Shown here piece after piece: positions 58,601-64,000 of a stretch of 64,000 nt of DNA (the stretch's first letter is position 1; each line of letters opens with the position of its first letter). The translations under genes were made by a program, and so were the position numbers. Source of the stretch: Candidatus Omnitrophota bacterium (lineage in GTDB: Bacteria; Omnitrophota; Gorgyraeia; B26-G9); NCBI GenBank assembly GCA_043826565.1, contig JBDRPX010000015.1, positions 67,317 to 131,316 of the forward strand. The letters run 5' to 3'. Under the pieces are notes generated by a model. It was not told where the DNA came from and ran no database searches. It saw only the letters and a program-made list of their open reading frames with translations.

Positions 58601-58890
58601 GGATCGGTAAAGAGATTGTTTCGGAGGCTCAGGGCGGCTCGAAGAGGGACAAGGAACTGGAAGTTATTTATAATCAGCTGAGCAGTATGGGAGCGCAGCT
58701 GAAAGATCTGGGACAGCTGGAATCTGTCGGCTTAGGCGGAAAAGCCGGAGTTGCGGAAGAAAAGAAGAAGGATATAGTATATCTTAAAAACAAAACTCAG
58801 GAAATGAAGGCAATGCTTGAGTTGAATAATAAGATGATCGAAAACATCAGCGCGAAACCCGTCACTCAAGTATGGTATGAATTTAAATAA
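46633..58890 (+). CDS. Giant (4,085 aa) multi-domain surface protein: Kelch-like beta-propellers, 2x DUF2341-like, LamG-like, 13 tandem ~97-aa repeats, C-terminal coiled-coil-like region
   Basis: Start at ATG 46633 (RBS GGAGAGAG); N-terminal signal/TM; uninterrupted 12.3-kb ORF; domain motifs read from the translation. Confidence 0.85.
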   Translation: MKMMIKKTIGVLLVVLLVVFGLAKAGYLQEAGTFLQDSWNSGTSSTVAVHPGNQSNWSRYTSRDSNILTAGGSIYLAPNTFTVTDTSDTDFAKGTLNNVIISGTGNGSQLELTSSVTDPFASQLGEWLNLPSIPAPGLFSTYTKMGNYIYCLFGSGDGKQFGRFNLTSKTWEFLTPIPVAVAVGATITNDGEYIYALRGSGSRDAYFYLPPEGPDPDPANTLFSVASPAPGEWKQFPSLTSGVNYGSNIVRTGGTLSSKSGALYAMCGSGSTTFVKYDPNIGGGVWMGRSSTPATIGEGGALAYKPGSNFIYAARGSQTDTFWRYNISANTWDTSLAAVPDLDPSNTTTNINVRFWQGSDLWYPGSGDYVYAAGMYDEYDSSTVYRRQNRSFFKYGPLSGAATWTRLPDVPSYLGAYKFIIYDPDAGGPTEGDELQYFSGKNYTRPWRFDNVNEKWITLSQAPYDAPYGINICYPGTGDFLYYIPADGNYDFYRYSISGNSWERLKNLPSGPRYAGTRLCYLNGYIYCLKGYTSGSFYRYAIAQTPGADNWDYLANYPYTDLEYGSSIIGVQIAGQDYIYGLRGNEYGNFYRYNVSTDTWADTMATMPDQPDGSYLIFPNYAEPNGYKYIYAARGQYSNDMYKYGPIEEDENLTDDIDGDFQTKGRWTQVTDTPSYFRFCENYGACLSYQGSGPYIYAFTGDNDDIGYAFRFARYNMDTDAWDDLDSTPMNQTYFDCTSTSDAIFAVGYYGYGNFWKYDLATQQWNEPVIDQYRNELGTTVVDSNNNIYLVYGGRDGYHYSHFWKFDPNQNRWTDIIRAPFVLAAGVKAEYLTSTNSIYVTEGRGSTTLYKYNVGTKVWSECAESPIRFWRGAQLAADDANNIIYAMPGWDIRNFYVYDAADYWNQLENPPKAHEDMIEGMEVANGKVYLLSGDDEAEFYEYSPLPTNTWLPKTKVGDPTGDGSVFETTSHGGGLFYPGSGDLMYCITRSSNKVLFTYSLSTDRWNQLAELPIDPYDRPTSIVAAGKPWFFIFNYRWDDYLMRYHVAENIYDLPSFLPAEINEDCALAGYKGYIYYLNRDTFYRYNAQLNLWSELLAPPITFDETDTTMRIVEFEGQPYAYVTGGNNRNGFYRYSITSNTWQELPSPPANFEVGTSMTQKGNYLYILRGESNAFWEYNLVNNTWALATDTPQYVYYGGQVVYPGSGDYVYVMTGNHTANLYRYNTVAKNWTARTPAPVPMHNAHSELIYPGFGDYLFVLQGASYNTDQGSYVFMRYKMSDPGGDTWEELTPSSFAVRHPGTLIWGDGEYFYGIEGRGNKLARYYSYCFGDYTSGVKEIGNHSGWGDVSWIFNSVQSAAIAFRSGDTLDLSDADVWSNVADVTNGQDLSNSAACANTDKYIQYKITFSTDELAESPAIEQMQFEWEKYPISQTLTSSIYDTTFLTNRILDLSWQETLPLGTDARFQMRTSADNNTWSSWMGIAAAQVLTNDLSDEDDYARSSKIQIASGIAKLFKELADFKYMQTITVDNLGGPLETNKLVNVVIPKTNTHFWNNVRDDGYDVRFYDGTQKYEYKLIDFDRANKTGAFLVQIPSLPADDELSIYMLYDSPSADTESNEALRIDVRESDLAARWNFDQTIGNTVPDSSGNNNNGYFMSSPLWTTEGKFGGALSCDGLDDYVTVPSTSSLQLTGDMTLGIWVYPENVGTNWYMQTIHKRYWGEFSFGIYRAGSLGYLQGYGTSSYNSWSLSNYNKVQNNKWHHLVVVRDGTTKQITSYINGVQQRSYNYASGYQPVTSYDPVMIMRGYTGYEIKGKVDHTTIHNVPLTAAEVEQLYLGYDLSNPEDLSINESSATCVNLAGWLYKVPITVTNNSASIVNNSIITINAEQWHEFWQHVNSDGSDVRAVDSDDTTLLTYYLQEFDSAAKTGRINVEIPTIPASSSKTIYLYYGNSGASNIGNSSLNLEWDVGTYPDFSGWSRPSTWNTNTGIYMMGGYARLGLSADTQKTVINLPAGTYEIEFNYYYIDSWDSEYGQLYWNGTRIWNVSSSTIPSGPDVGGYSTYGDRVDHPAFKVTVVHPGGNAVLRFASTTNESTVNESFGVNNIIIRTLQSSTLEVTPPYVTENNIYDTGTYYTDNPVVQPILGVFYEGNISNFQAVTTEPSNTDIGFQVSADGYNWYWYSTGDWRKTELGYLNTNSAAQINSNLVNFQSKFPAGDFYYRAFLNSSGTNTPELNEVRITLTSPPSYYFDAAAGEAVNTINEDCLDDRYIQYRTTLYSYGESTPVIDSVSIDYIKSEVNVTSPNGGEEWPVASAQTITWTSAGVDDAASHVKIEYSSNNGTSWNTIIGSTANDGSYPWTVENSASPNCLVRITSVEFPTVIDQSDAVFQIMGLILTAPNGGQVWEVNRIHTITWTSSGTVSNELTIEYSTNNGTSWAGTLATQRPNTGTTNCQMPNVNSDAVRIRIFDSLNTNVIDVSDAVMSIVPAPVITINTPNGAEQWIVGDTYTIDWQTNSRQFSANVILEYSKDNFSTTVPIITKSIGTAAGPNNNDDISGSHDWVVPEDISTTVKIRIREESIPPARDTQSIIWDMSDNNFSLIFPYITISSPQEEVTWVSGDAHDITWTFFGTVSNDLLLEYTTDGSNFTTIDDNQANDGLYSWTVPDEDSATVQVRITDNAWNQVTGISPVFTIIPYPVLKVLYPNGGEVLAIGATYELRWTSFGQKLASGGADYFNIDIWYSANNGTTWAVVSLGQANDGSLNWQTADAETTEALVKVEDSNDLLIVDTSDAVFEITNPVLTITSPNGAEGWYATGTYDITWDSLGAVSNNLLLEYSTNAGVSWTTIAGSQNNDHVYSWTVADVISDQVKIKITDSNRPLVWDDSDANFSILAPTITVTVPNGGEEWIIGTSHGIEWATQGGDVNAVKDNLTIQYSSNGGGSWNDLWTGLANSGSQAWEIPDDLSDNCLIRIFDAFRPATIDQSDAMFAIKIPYVDIIAPNGGESWPIGTTQSINWGSLGTVSNNLVIEYSKDNFVSNINTISTFEANDGLYEWLSVADDYSVTVKIRITDADNPSITDTSETAFTIAYPLITVTVPNGGEIWTVGDTENITWTNTGSVGNDLKIEYSKDNFNADTNMIIVSTANTGSYSWPSIPNDVSASVRVRITDNTRPVVWDRSNGNFTILPIPAITITAPNGGEIWRYGTTQSITWEDNGGLISNNLTITYSTDNGTTYTGSIITGAANIGSYSWNIPDDVHPQCFLRIQDAQRPSTNDISDASFIIADPRITITSPNGGEVWAVADQAPITWTTEGTISNNLILQYSGNGGSSYTQVASGISNTGAYTWTVPDDVTTNALFEITDGNRPVSKDISNAVFRIIAMPLIDITTPDGGEEFVLGDTSSITWTWLGLSISNNLLIDYSGDGFATRRVIASVEANDGLYTWAIPDDALTGSTLKMRITDGNRTEITNQSGGYFRIRGGFTILSPNGGENWVAKSDHSVTWQTKGTISRVKLEYSTDNGLNWSMVASNVSNAGAYTWILPDAQSVQARIRISDVDDPTVNDQNDATFNIVYASVVFNVLDYDTLQHLQDINTNEPYTGWNDSGVNSPISRMQQYPYGNYTTFFSKTNYIDNSVSWVAPKSGTDTYVINTYLENSASAQVTWEAVLTYSFSPATDSLSGVGSLQRKGKLVGTNELERVDMGPAVLTIYEPNSTVIRNLVSANAPGDNGMYNLMLTNTDFESGQVYPATLTITYRSREYTSSASIDVGSEILQYEFFTQTATQLAASVAQIETAVGAGTQATINKLDETRASLENKVDSSAATVIGVVTDTKTELTANLSSTRESLEGTLAATSEDLQTTMKSNILNREKSVKGGADLMIRYRTYSGLIPKIDVYDTQNVQRIDKGLMTEMGTTGIYEYKVKFYNSWGQGDCTIVCSEETKGTLDALTITIVRSTVDDIAGQTSAILGSTSGLSDIGQVVDILGNQIGLIEASFSRIGKEIVSEAQGGSKRDKELEVIYNQLSSMGAQLKDLGQLESVGLGGKAGVAEEKKKDIVYLKNKTQEMKAMLELNNKMIENISAKPVTQVWYEFK
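53515..57340 (+). repeat. 13 intragenic tandem repeats (~290 nt / ~97 aa each) with consensus I[TD][IV]TSPNGGE.W..G....ITW...G..S..L.I.YS.D.G......I.......G.Y.W..P
   Basis: Repeat starts near 53515, 53800, 54090, 54430, 54715, 55020, 55300, 55600, 55890, 56180, 56470, 56765 and 57055. Confidence 0.85.
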
Positions 58891-59042
58891 GTAAAGAACT
58901 GACGGGGTTGGTACGAATTTAAGTAAACGAAGAATGGGGCGAATATGTTCAGGCTGCCGGGGTAAAGGAATACCCCCAGACCTGAACAGCAAATCGCAGA
59001 AAAGACACAAACCTCAAGTTACAAGTTAAAAAAAGATAAAAA

Positions 59043-59070
59043 CGTAGGGGCGCCGCTTGTCTGCGCCCGA
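59043..59070 (+). repeat. REP-like element (GTAGGGG head, stem GGGCGC/GCGCCC) downstream of the giant gene
   Basis: cgtaggggcgccgcttgtctgcgcccga. Confidence 0.55.
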
Positions 59071-59103
59071 TATAAAAATCAAAAAGATAAAACATTATAC
59101 AAT

Positions 59104-59138
59104 TAACATTTAACAATTAACAATTAATATTTAACATT
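59104..59138 (+). repeat. Tandem AT-rich heptamers (TAACATT TAACAAT TAACAAT TAATATT TAACATT) abutting the RBS of gene 59161
   Basis: Read from sequence; followed by tctatatAGGGAGGGaaaccATG. Confidence 0.85.
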
Positions 59139-59160
59139 TATCTATATAGGGAGGGAAACC

Positions 59161-59979
59161 ATGGAGCGGATTAAAGGATTAAGAGCCGGGATATTTATTG
59201 TTCTGTTCTTCTGTTGTGTGATCTTTATTTTTGCCCAGGAAGCGCAAGCGAATATTACCCTAAAAGTTCTTGGCGTAAACCCATCCAAAACACAGACCCA
59301 GATAGTTACCTTAAAAGCATATTTACCCAAAGAAGTCACTCCGATAGATGTGATGGATAAGGGGGATCTGTCCATGACTTACGACACTCAGCAGGGAGCG
59401 TATTTTGTATTTGGTGAGTATGAACTTAAGCCGGAAGAATCAGTAGAGCGGGAAGTGGTTATTAAAGATATCTGGATTGTTCCGGATGCGGAGATTGATA
59501 ATTTGCGTTCGGAAATTGATAAAACCATAGAGTTGATCCAAAATACGGAGTTTGAAGACCGGGCTAATTTTTTAAAAGACAGCATTGAATCAAAATTAGA
59601 CCGGATCATCAATAAGCAAAAAGCCTCCGCAGCTAATCCGCAATCGCATATTTCCGAATATCGGGATAATCTGGATCTTTTAGATGCCGCGAAACAGGAT
59701 CTTATGCTGGCGAGAAGTTTTCTTACCCAGGCAAAACGATTGCCTTCAATAACTATTTGGAAGCTGTTCTTTTTTATAGTCGGATTTCTGGCTGTTTTAG
59801 CCGGTAGTCTTTATTTTATCTGGGCAAATCAGGCTAAGGCAATGAAGGAGAATGCTCAGCAAACGGAAACATCCGCGAAAACGAATGAAGATGACGGACT
59901 TACTCCGGAACAGCATACCGCAGCAGAAGCAAAAGAAGTTAGTGCCGAAGATATTGAAGACCTCATGAAAAACGAATAA
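59161..59979 (+). CDS. Hypothetical secreted protein with C-terminal TM anchor
   Basis: Signal peptide, coiled-coil middle, TM IWKLFFFIVGFLAVLAGSLYFIW near the C-terminus; RBS GGGAGGG. Confidence 0.55.
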   Translation: MERIKGLRAGIFIVLFFCCVIFIFAQEAQANITLKVLGVNPSKTQTQIVTLKAYLPKEVTPIDVMDKGDLSMTYDTQQGAYFVFGEYELKPEESVEREVVIKDIWIVPDAEIDNLRSEIDKTIELIQNTEFEDRANFLKDSIESKLDRIINKQKASAANPQSHISEYRDNLDLLDAAKQDLMLARSFLTQAKRLPSITIWKLFFFIVGFLAVLAGSLYFIWANQAKAMKENAQQTETSAKTNEDDGLTPEQHTAAEAKEVSAEDIEDLMKNE

Positions 59980-60038
59980 TGTGTGTTTTGGCTAAAAATG
60001 TGATATATTAATTCAATAACAAAGAAAGATATAATGCT

Positions 60039-60932
60039 ATGCCTGAAGAGAAATTAAAATTTCTGATTGTTGAAGACAACTTAGCTGACCGGGAAAAAAT
60101 AGCCTCAATGGTGCAGAGTTTTGGGTCTAAATGCGCTTTTGCTTCTAAATCCCGGGAGATCGCGGAGATTCTTAAAAAAGAAGAATACGCGCTGGTTTTG
60201 ACGGCATTGACTTTACCTGACGGAAACGCGGTAAATGTTACCAGGCAGGCTTTGGAGATATATCCGTCAATAAGTGTTATTGTCATGACCTCTTATTATT
60301 ATATTGAGGAAGCGATCCGGGCCATGGCCATCGGTGCGTACGGGTATATAACCAAACCTTTTAACCGGGTAGAGGTGGAAGTTGTCCTGGCCCGGGCCAT
60401 AGAAAGATATTATATTTTAGCCGGCGAAGATAGAAAAAAACACTATATGCAGCTTTCGGTTAAAGACGGCCTTACCGGGATTTATAACCGCAGATTCCTA
60501 GACCTTCATCTAAATCATAAAATAGACAGCCTGAAAAACGAGATAACCAAAAAGTTTTCCGTAATGATGGTTGATATTGATGATTTTAAGAAATTCAATG
60601 ATACTCAGGGACATCAGGCCGGAGATAAATTGTTGTGCGGGGTAACTGATATATTTAAAGATTCTTTGCGATTTTCTACAAATGACGTTATTTGCCGCTA
60701 TGGCGGAGAAGAGTTTTGCCTTGTTCTGGATAAAGCTGATAAAAAATCGGCGGCCTTAATCGCGGAAAGAGTAAGAGAAGTAGCGGAATTTTCTTTGCCG
60801 GTAACGCTGAGTATCGGGCTGGCTACTTATCCGGAAGACGGCATGAATAAAGAAAAATTGATCGCCAGCGCGGACAAGGCTTTATATAAAGCCAAAAATA
60901 CCGGTAAAAACAAGGTTGTCCTAAGCGCGTAA
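60039..60932 (+). CDS. Response regulator with REC + GGDEF (diguanylate cyclase) domains
   Basis: REC (LIVEDN...D), GGDEF with intact RYGGEEF active site. Confidence 0.9.
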   Translation: MPEEKLKFLIVEDNLADREKIASMVQSFGSKCAFASKSREIAEILKKEEYALVLTALTLPDGNAVNVTRQALEIYPSISVIVMTSYYYIEEAIRAMAIGAYGYITKPFNRVEVEVVLARAIERYYILAGEDRKKHYMQLSVKDGLTGIYNRRFLDLHLNHKIDSLKNEITKKFSVMMVDIDDFKKFNDTQGHQAGDKLLCGVTDIFKDSLRFSTNDVICRYGGEEFCLVLDKADKKSAALIAERVREVAEFSLPVTLSIGLATYPEDGMNKEKLIASADKALYKAKNTGKNKVVLSA

Positions 60933-61020
60933 TCTTAAGGCGCTGCCTCTGCGGAACACTACCCTAACAACTTATTTTGTCTTTACTTACCATCGAAAGA
61001 ATAATATAATAAAAAATCAT

Positions 61021-61248
61021 ATGAGAGTTTCTGTTGTAGATGTAAAAGAAATCATTTTTGAGGATGATGTCGAGAGTGTTATCCTGCCCGGAAGGGACGG
61101 GGAACTCGGGGTTCTTGATTTGCACGAAGCATTTCTTTATCGGCTGAAAAAAGGGGTGTTAAAGATAAATAATTCTTTAAGTTTGCCGGTGGAAGACGGA
61201 GTTGCCAAAATGCAAAACAATAGACTTGTTATTTTAGTCGAACGCTAA
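61021..61248 (+). CDS. atpC: F-type ATP synthase epsilon subunit, short form (N-terminal beta-sandwich only)
   Basis: GRDGELGVLDLHEAFLYRLKKGVLKI aligns with E. coli epsilon [26 protein letters not shown]; only 75 aa. Confidence 0.6.
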   Translation: MRVSVVDVKEIIFEDDVESVILPGRDGELGVLDLHEAFLYRLKKGVLKINNSLSLPVEDGVAKMQNNRLVILVER

Positions 61249-61356
61249 ACTTAAAAAACTGATAATTGATAATTGAAAGTCGAATGTTGGACTGTTTTTA
61301 AATAGTTTTTCCAACTCTCAATTTTCAGTTGTCAATGTTCAATCGGTTTGAAAATT

Positions 61357-61566
61357 ATGCAGAATATTACAGTTATATTATTAATGTTATTAAGTACTTT
61401 GGGGCCGGCATTAGTAATTGCGATGGTCGGCCGCGGCGCGGTAAGGGCTGTGGCCAGGAATCCCGGGGCTTCTCCGAAAATTCTCTTAGCCATGATTACG
61501 GCTTTTATTTTCGCGGAAGCAATTGCGGTGCTGGCATTACTGGTGGTCTATAATTTATTTAAATAA
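61357..61566 (+). CDS. atpE: F-type ATP synthase subunit c
   Basis: Two-TM hairpin with AMVGRGAVRAVARNPGA loop and conserved carboxylate E in helix 2 (IFAEAIAV); ATG 61357 preferred over TTG 61348. Confidence 0.8.
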   Translation: MQNITVILLMLLSTLGPALVIAMVGRGAVRAVARNPGASPKILLAMITAFIFAEAIAVLALLVVYNLFK

Positions 61567-61659
61567 TTGAAAGTAGAAAGTAGATAATTGATGGTTGAGA
61601 TTTGTAAAAATGGTTGTTTTCCAATATTCAATACTCAATTTTCAATATTCTAACAGAAT

Positions 61660-62409
61660 ATGATTATTCAGCTTATTATATTTCAAATCCTTACTTTTGC
61701 CGCGATCGTGCTGTTTTTGCGGTTCTTTTTCTCGCGCAATGTCAATGCCGCGCTAAGACGCTTAAAGGAATTGCAGAATGAAAACCAGCTTATTGAAGCT
61801 AAGCTTAAAGCAATGCTTGAACAGGCGGAAAAAGAAACAGCGGAAAAATTAGAAAAAGCAAAAGCAGAGGCGAAAAAAATTACGGATGAAGCCGTAACCA
61901 TGGGCAAGATATTACAGCGGAACCAGGAAGATAAAGGTAAGATCGAAGCTGATAATATGATTAATGACGCAAAAGAAAAGGTAAAAAAACTTCACAGTGA
62001 ATTAATGTTAAGAATAAACGCGTTTGCCTTAAAATACGCGGTGGAAGTTATTAAGTATACGATTAGTAAGAGGGTAACAGACAGAGTTCATTATGAGCTT
62101 ATCAATGATGTTATTGAGGAGATCAGTAAGGTTGACAAGGAAAAATTTTCCATAAAGACCAATAAGGTGGAAATTATTACTAATATCGCGTTGACCGATG
62201 AGGAGCTTGGCAGATTAAGGGTAGTATTGTTCTCTAAGTTAGAGAACAATGTGGAAATAGATCAAAAGATCGATCCGGCGATGCTGGGAGGGATGATCCT
62301 CAGGATCGGAGCTTTTGTTATTAACGGAACCCTGGAAAATAAGTTAGAAAAAGTTGCCCAAATGTTTGAAAGGGATAAAAAGCTTATCGAAATAGAACAG
62401 CAATTATAA
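61660..62409 (+). CDS. atpF: F-type ATP synthase b/delta fusion subunit
   Basis: N-terminal TM plus b-type coiled coil; C-terminal half matches the delta/OSCP C-terminus (IDPAMLGGMILRIGAFVINGTLENKLEKV). Confidence 0.7.
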   Translation: MIIQLIIFQILTFAAIVLFLRFFFSRNVNAALRRLKELQNENQLIEAKLKAMLEQAEKETAEKLEKAKAEAKKITDEAVTMGKILQRNQEDKGKIEADNMINDAKEKVKKLHSELMLRINAFALKYAVEVIKYTISKRVTDRVHYELINDVIEEISKVDKEKFSIKTNKVEIITNIALTDEELGRLRVVLFSKLENNVEIDQKIDPAMLGGMILRIGAFVINGTLENKLEKVAQMFERDKKLIEIEQQL

Positions 62410-62440
62410 TGCCTAATGCAATGAATTCATGGAAGGAAAA

Positions 62441-63913
62441 ATGTCGGAACATTCTATTATTCCTACATTAGAAATCAGGGAAGTCGGCAAGATCACGGAA
62501 ATTACTCAAGGGATTGTAAAGGCACAAGGCCTGCCCTCTTGTTTATACGGGCAGTTAGTTGAATTTGAAGGCGGCACCAAAGGTGTCGTCCTGGGATTTA
62601 ACCCCGAAGAAGTACTTATTATTGTTCTGGGCGATGCCAGCAAGATGAGAGTCGGAGATTATCTTAAGAGCGCTAGTGAACTTCTGTCTGTCCCGGTCGC
62701 CAAGGAGCTCTTAGGGCGAGTAGTTGATTGTTTGACCCTGCCTATTGACGGAAAAGGAGAAATTATCGCGGCAAACCAGTATCCGGTATTTAGCCAGGCC
62801 CCGGGAATTATGGACCGCGATCCGATCAATGAACAGATGGCCACAGGAATAAAAATCATTGATATGACCATTCCTATCGGTAAAGGCCAAAGGCAGTTGA
62901 TTGTTGGTGACCGGCAGACCGGCCGTTCCAGTATTGCCATAGACGCGATCATTAATCAAAGCAGTAAAGAGGTTGTTTGCGTGTATTGTTTTATCGGAGG
63001 TTCGCAATCGACTTTTGATAAGATGATCCATACTTTGGTGGAGAAAGACGCGATGCACGCGGTTATTGCGGTTTGTGCCTCAGCGGCGAGTTCTCCGGCA
63101 GAGCAGTTTATTTGTCCGTATACCGCCGCATCTATCGGCGAGTATTTTATGCATCAGGGCCGGGATGTCCTGGTTGTATTTGATGATTTAACAAAACATG
63201 CCTGGGCGTATCGCCAGATCTCTCTTTTGCTTGAGCGTTCTCCGGGAAGAGAGGCTTACCCGGGAGATATTTTCTTTATTCATTCCCAATTGCTCGAACG
63301 CGCGGCGCGTTTAAAATCAGAACTTGGCGGAGGAACAATGAGTTTTCTGCCGATCGTGGAAACCCTCCAGGGCGATATTACCGGGTTTATTCCGTCTAAT
63401 CTTGTTTCTATTACTGACGGACAGATATTTTTAAATACTAATTTATTCCGCGAAGGATTTAAGCCGGCTATTGATGTCGGGCTTTCTGTTTCGCGTTTAG
63501 GTTCTAAGGTGCAATGTCCGGCTTTGCGCAAATTAAGCGGAGGTATCCGGTTGGGATATTTGCAATACCGGGAAATGTTAAGGTTGATGCGGTTAAGGAC
63601 CGGACTTTCCGAAGAAGCGCAGCAGATCATCAGCCGCGGCCGCGTATTAGAAGAACTGTTTATCCAGGATAATTACAATCCGCTTTCTCTGACCGAGGAA
63701 GTGGTGTTGTTCTACGCTTATAAAAGAAGGATATTGGAAGCCTTGACCCCGGAAGGTGTCGGAAGATTTAAAAGAGATATATCCTATTTTTTAAATGCCG
63801 GATATCCGGAGCTTATTGAAATGATCGAAAAAGAACAGGATTTGACCGAGGCGGTTAAAATGGGGCTGGATCAGGCTTTGGTAGAATACTTTAAGCAGAT
63901 AAAGACAAAATAA
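62441..63913 (+). CDS. atpA: F-type ATP synthase alpha subunit (Walker A Lys replaced by Arg)
   Basis: Alpha-type GDRQTG P-loop but reading GDRQTGRSS; alpha-specific downstream motifs; start at ATG 62441 (RBS GGAAGGA). Confidence 0.85.
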   Translation: MSEHSIIPTLEIREVGKITEITQGIVKAQGLPSCLYGQLVEFEGGTKGVVLGFNPEEVLIIVLGDASKMRVGDYLKSASELLSVPVAKELLGRVVDCLTLPIDGKGEIIAANQYPVFSQAPGIMDRDPINEQMATGIKIIDMTIPIGKGQRQLIVGDRQTGRSSIAIDAIINQSSKEVVCVYCFIGGSQSTFDKMIHTLVEKDAMHAVIAVCASAASSPAEQFICPYTAASIGEYFMHQGRDVLVVFDDLTKHAWAYRQISLLLERSPGREAYPGDIFFIHSQLLERAARLKSELGGGTMSFLPIVETLQGDITGFIPSNLVSITDGQIFLNTNLFREGFKPAIDVGLSVSRLGSKVQCPALRKLSGGIRLGYLQYREMLRLMRLRTGLSEEAQQIISRGRVLEELFIQDNYNPLSLTEEVVLFYAYKRRILEALTPEGVGRFKRDISYFLNAGYPELIEMIEKEQDLTEAVKMGLDQALVEYFKQIKTK

Positions 63914-64000
63914 AGAAGACAAAAAATGAGAATTGAAAAATGAGAATTGAAAGTAGAAAAAAGAAAGCAGATAATCAGTAATTATTAATATCCAATTTTC

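Noticed and set aside
61329-61553. 74-aa ORF overlapping atpE in another frame
   Set aside because: The alternative frame gives a glycine/cysteine-rich nonsense product; the atpE frame gives a canonical c-subunit hairpin.
1-64000. tRNA/rRNA genes and DnaA-box cluster (oriC)
   Set aside because: Scanned for T-loop GGTTCGA(A/T)TCC-type motifs and TTATCCACA clusters and found none convincing; dnaA itself is not in the window, so oriC is presumably upstream of position 1.

Overview
Chromosomal window (~42% GC, AT-rich intergenic regions) from an unidentified, probably uncultivated bacterium. The Bat aerotolerance operon, the MSHA/T2SS-like secretin locus and a >4,000-aa gene are compatible with lineages such as Omnitrophota; that placement is inference only. 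Gene order, start to end: (1) origin-proximal housekeeping cluster rnpA(partial)-yidD-yidC-jag(short)-mnmG-[HAMP protein]-parA-parB-ndk, lacking mnmE/rsmG; (2) three dispersed type IV pilin-like genes, lnt and secA (convergent, TAATG-coupled), a GT4 glycosyltransferase; (3) MarR + TolC-like OMF + RND permease + OmpR-type RR + sensor kinase (CusCAR/S-like, no adaptor gene seen); (4) complete Bat operon moxR-DUF58-hyp-batA-batB-batC-batD-batE; (5) an AT-rich island with an AlbA_2/HATPase_c_4 protein and a REP-associated tyrosine transposase (RAYT) that carries a REP pair inside its own ORF, then trmO, a Cys/Trp-rich 'two-CW-like' protein, dprA, comM, yraN; (6) an MSHA/T2SS-like envelope locus (ExeA-like ATPase, GspC/PilP-like protein, secretin, two coiled-coil/TPR proteins); (7) a structured ~235-nt leader plus an (ATGACAA)5 tract, a membrane-anchored HUH/Y1-transposase-like fusion protein and a 4,085-aa multi-domain surface protein (Kelch-like propellers, 2x DUF2341-like, LamG-like, 13 tandem ~97-aa SPNGGE-type repeats), followed by a secreted/TM protein and a REC-GGDEF regulator; (8) a partial F-ATPase operon in the unusual order epsilon(short)-c-b/delta fusion-alpha. 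Non-coding structure is abundant: REP elements (GTAGGG head + palindrome) in Bat-operon UTRs; tandem heptamer tracts just 5' of several genes, with 5-copy tracts abutting the RBS of the two genes flanking the giant ORF; ~180-nt intergenic composite inverted-repeat elements built from TCAAAAG-type units; a 30-bp perfect palindrome upstream of mnmG; shared motifs upstream of two pilin genes. No rRNA, tRNA or CRISPR was detected. All calls are from reading the sequence and the ORF track; no database search was run.
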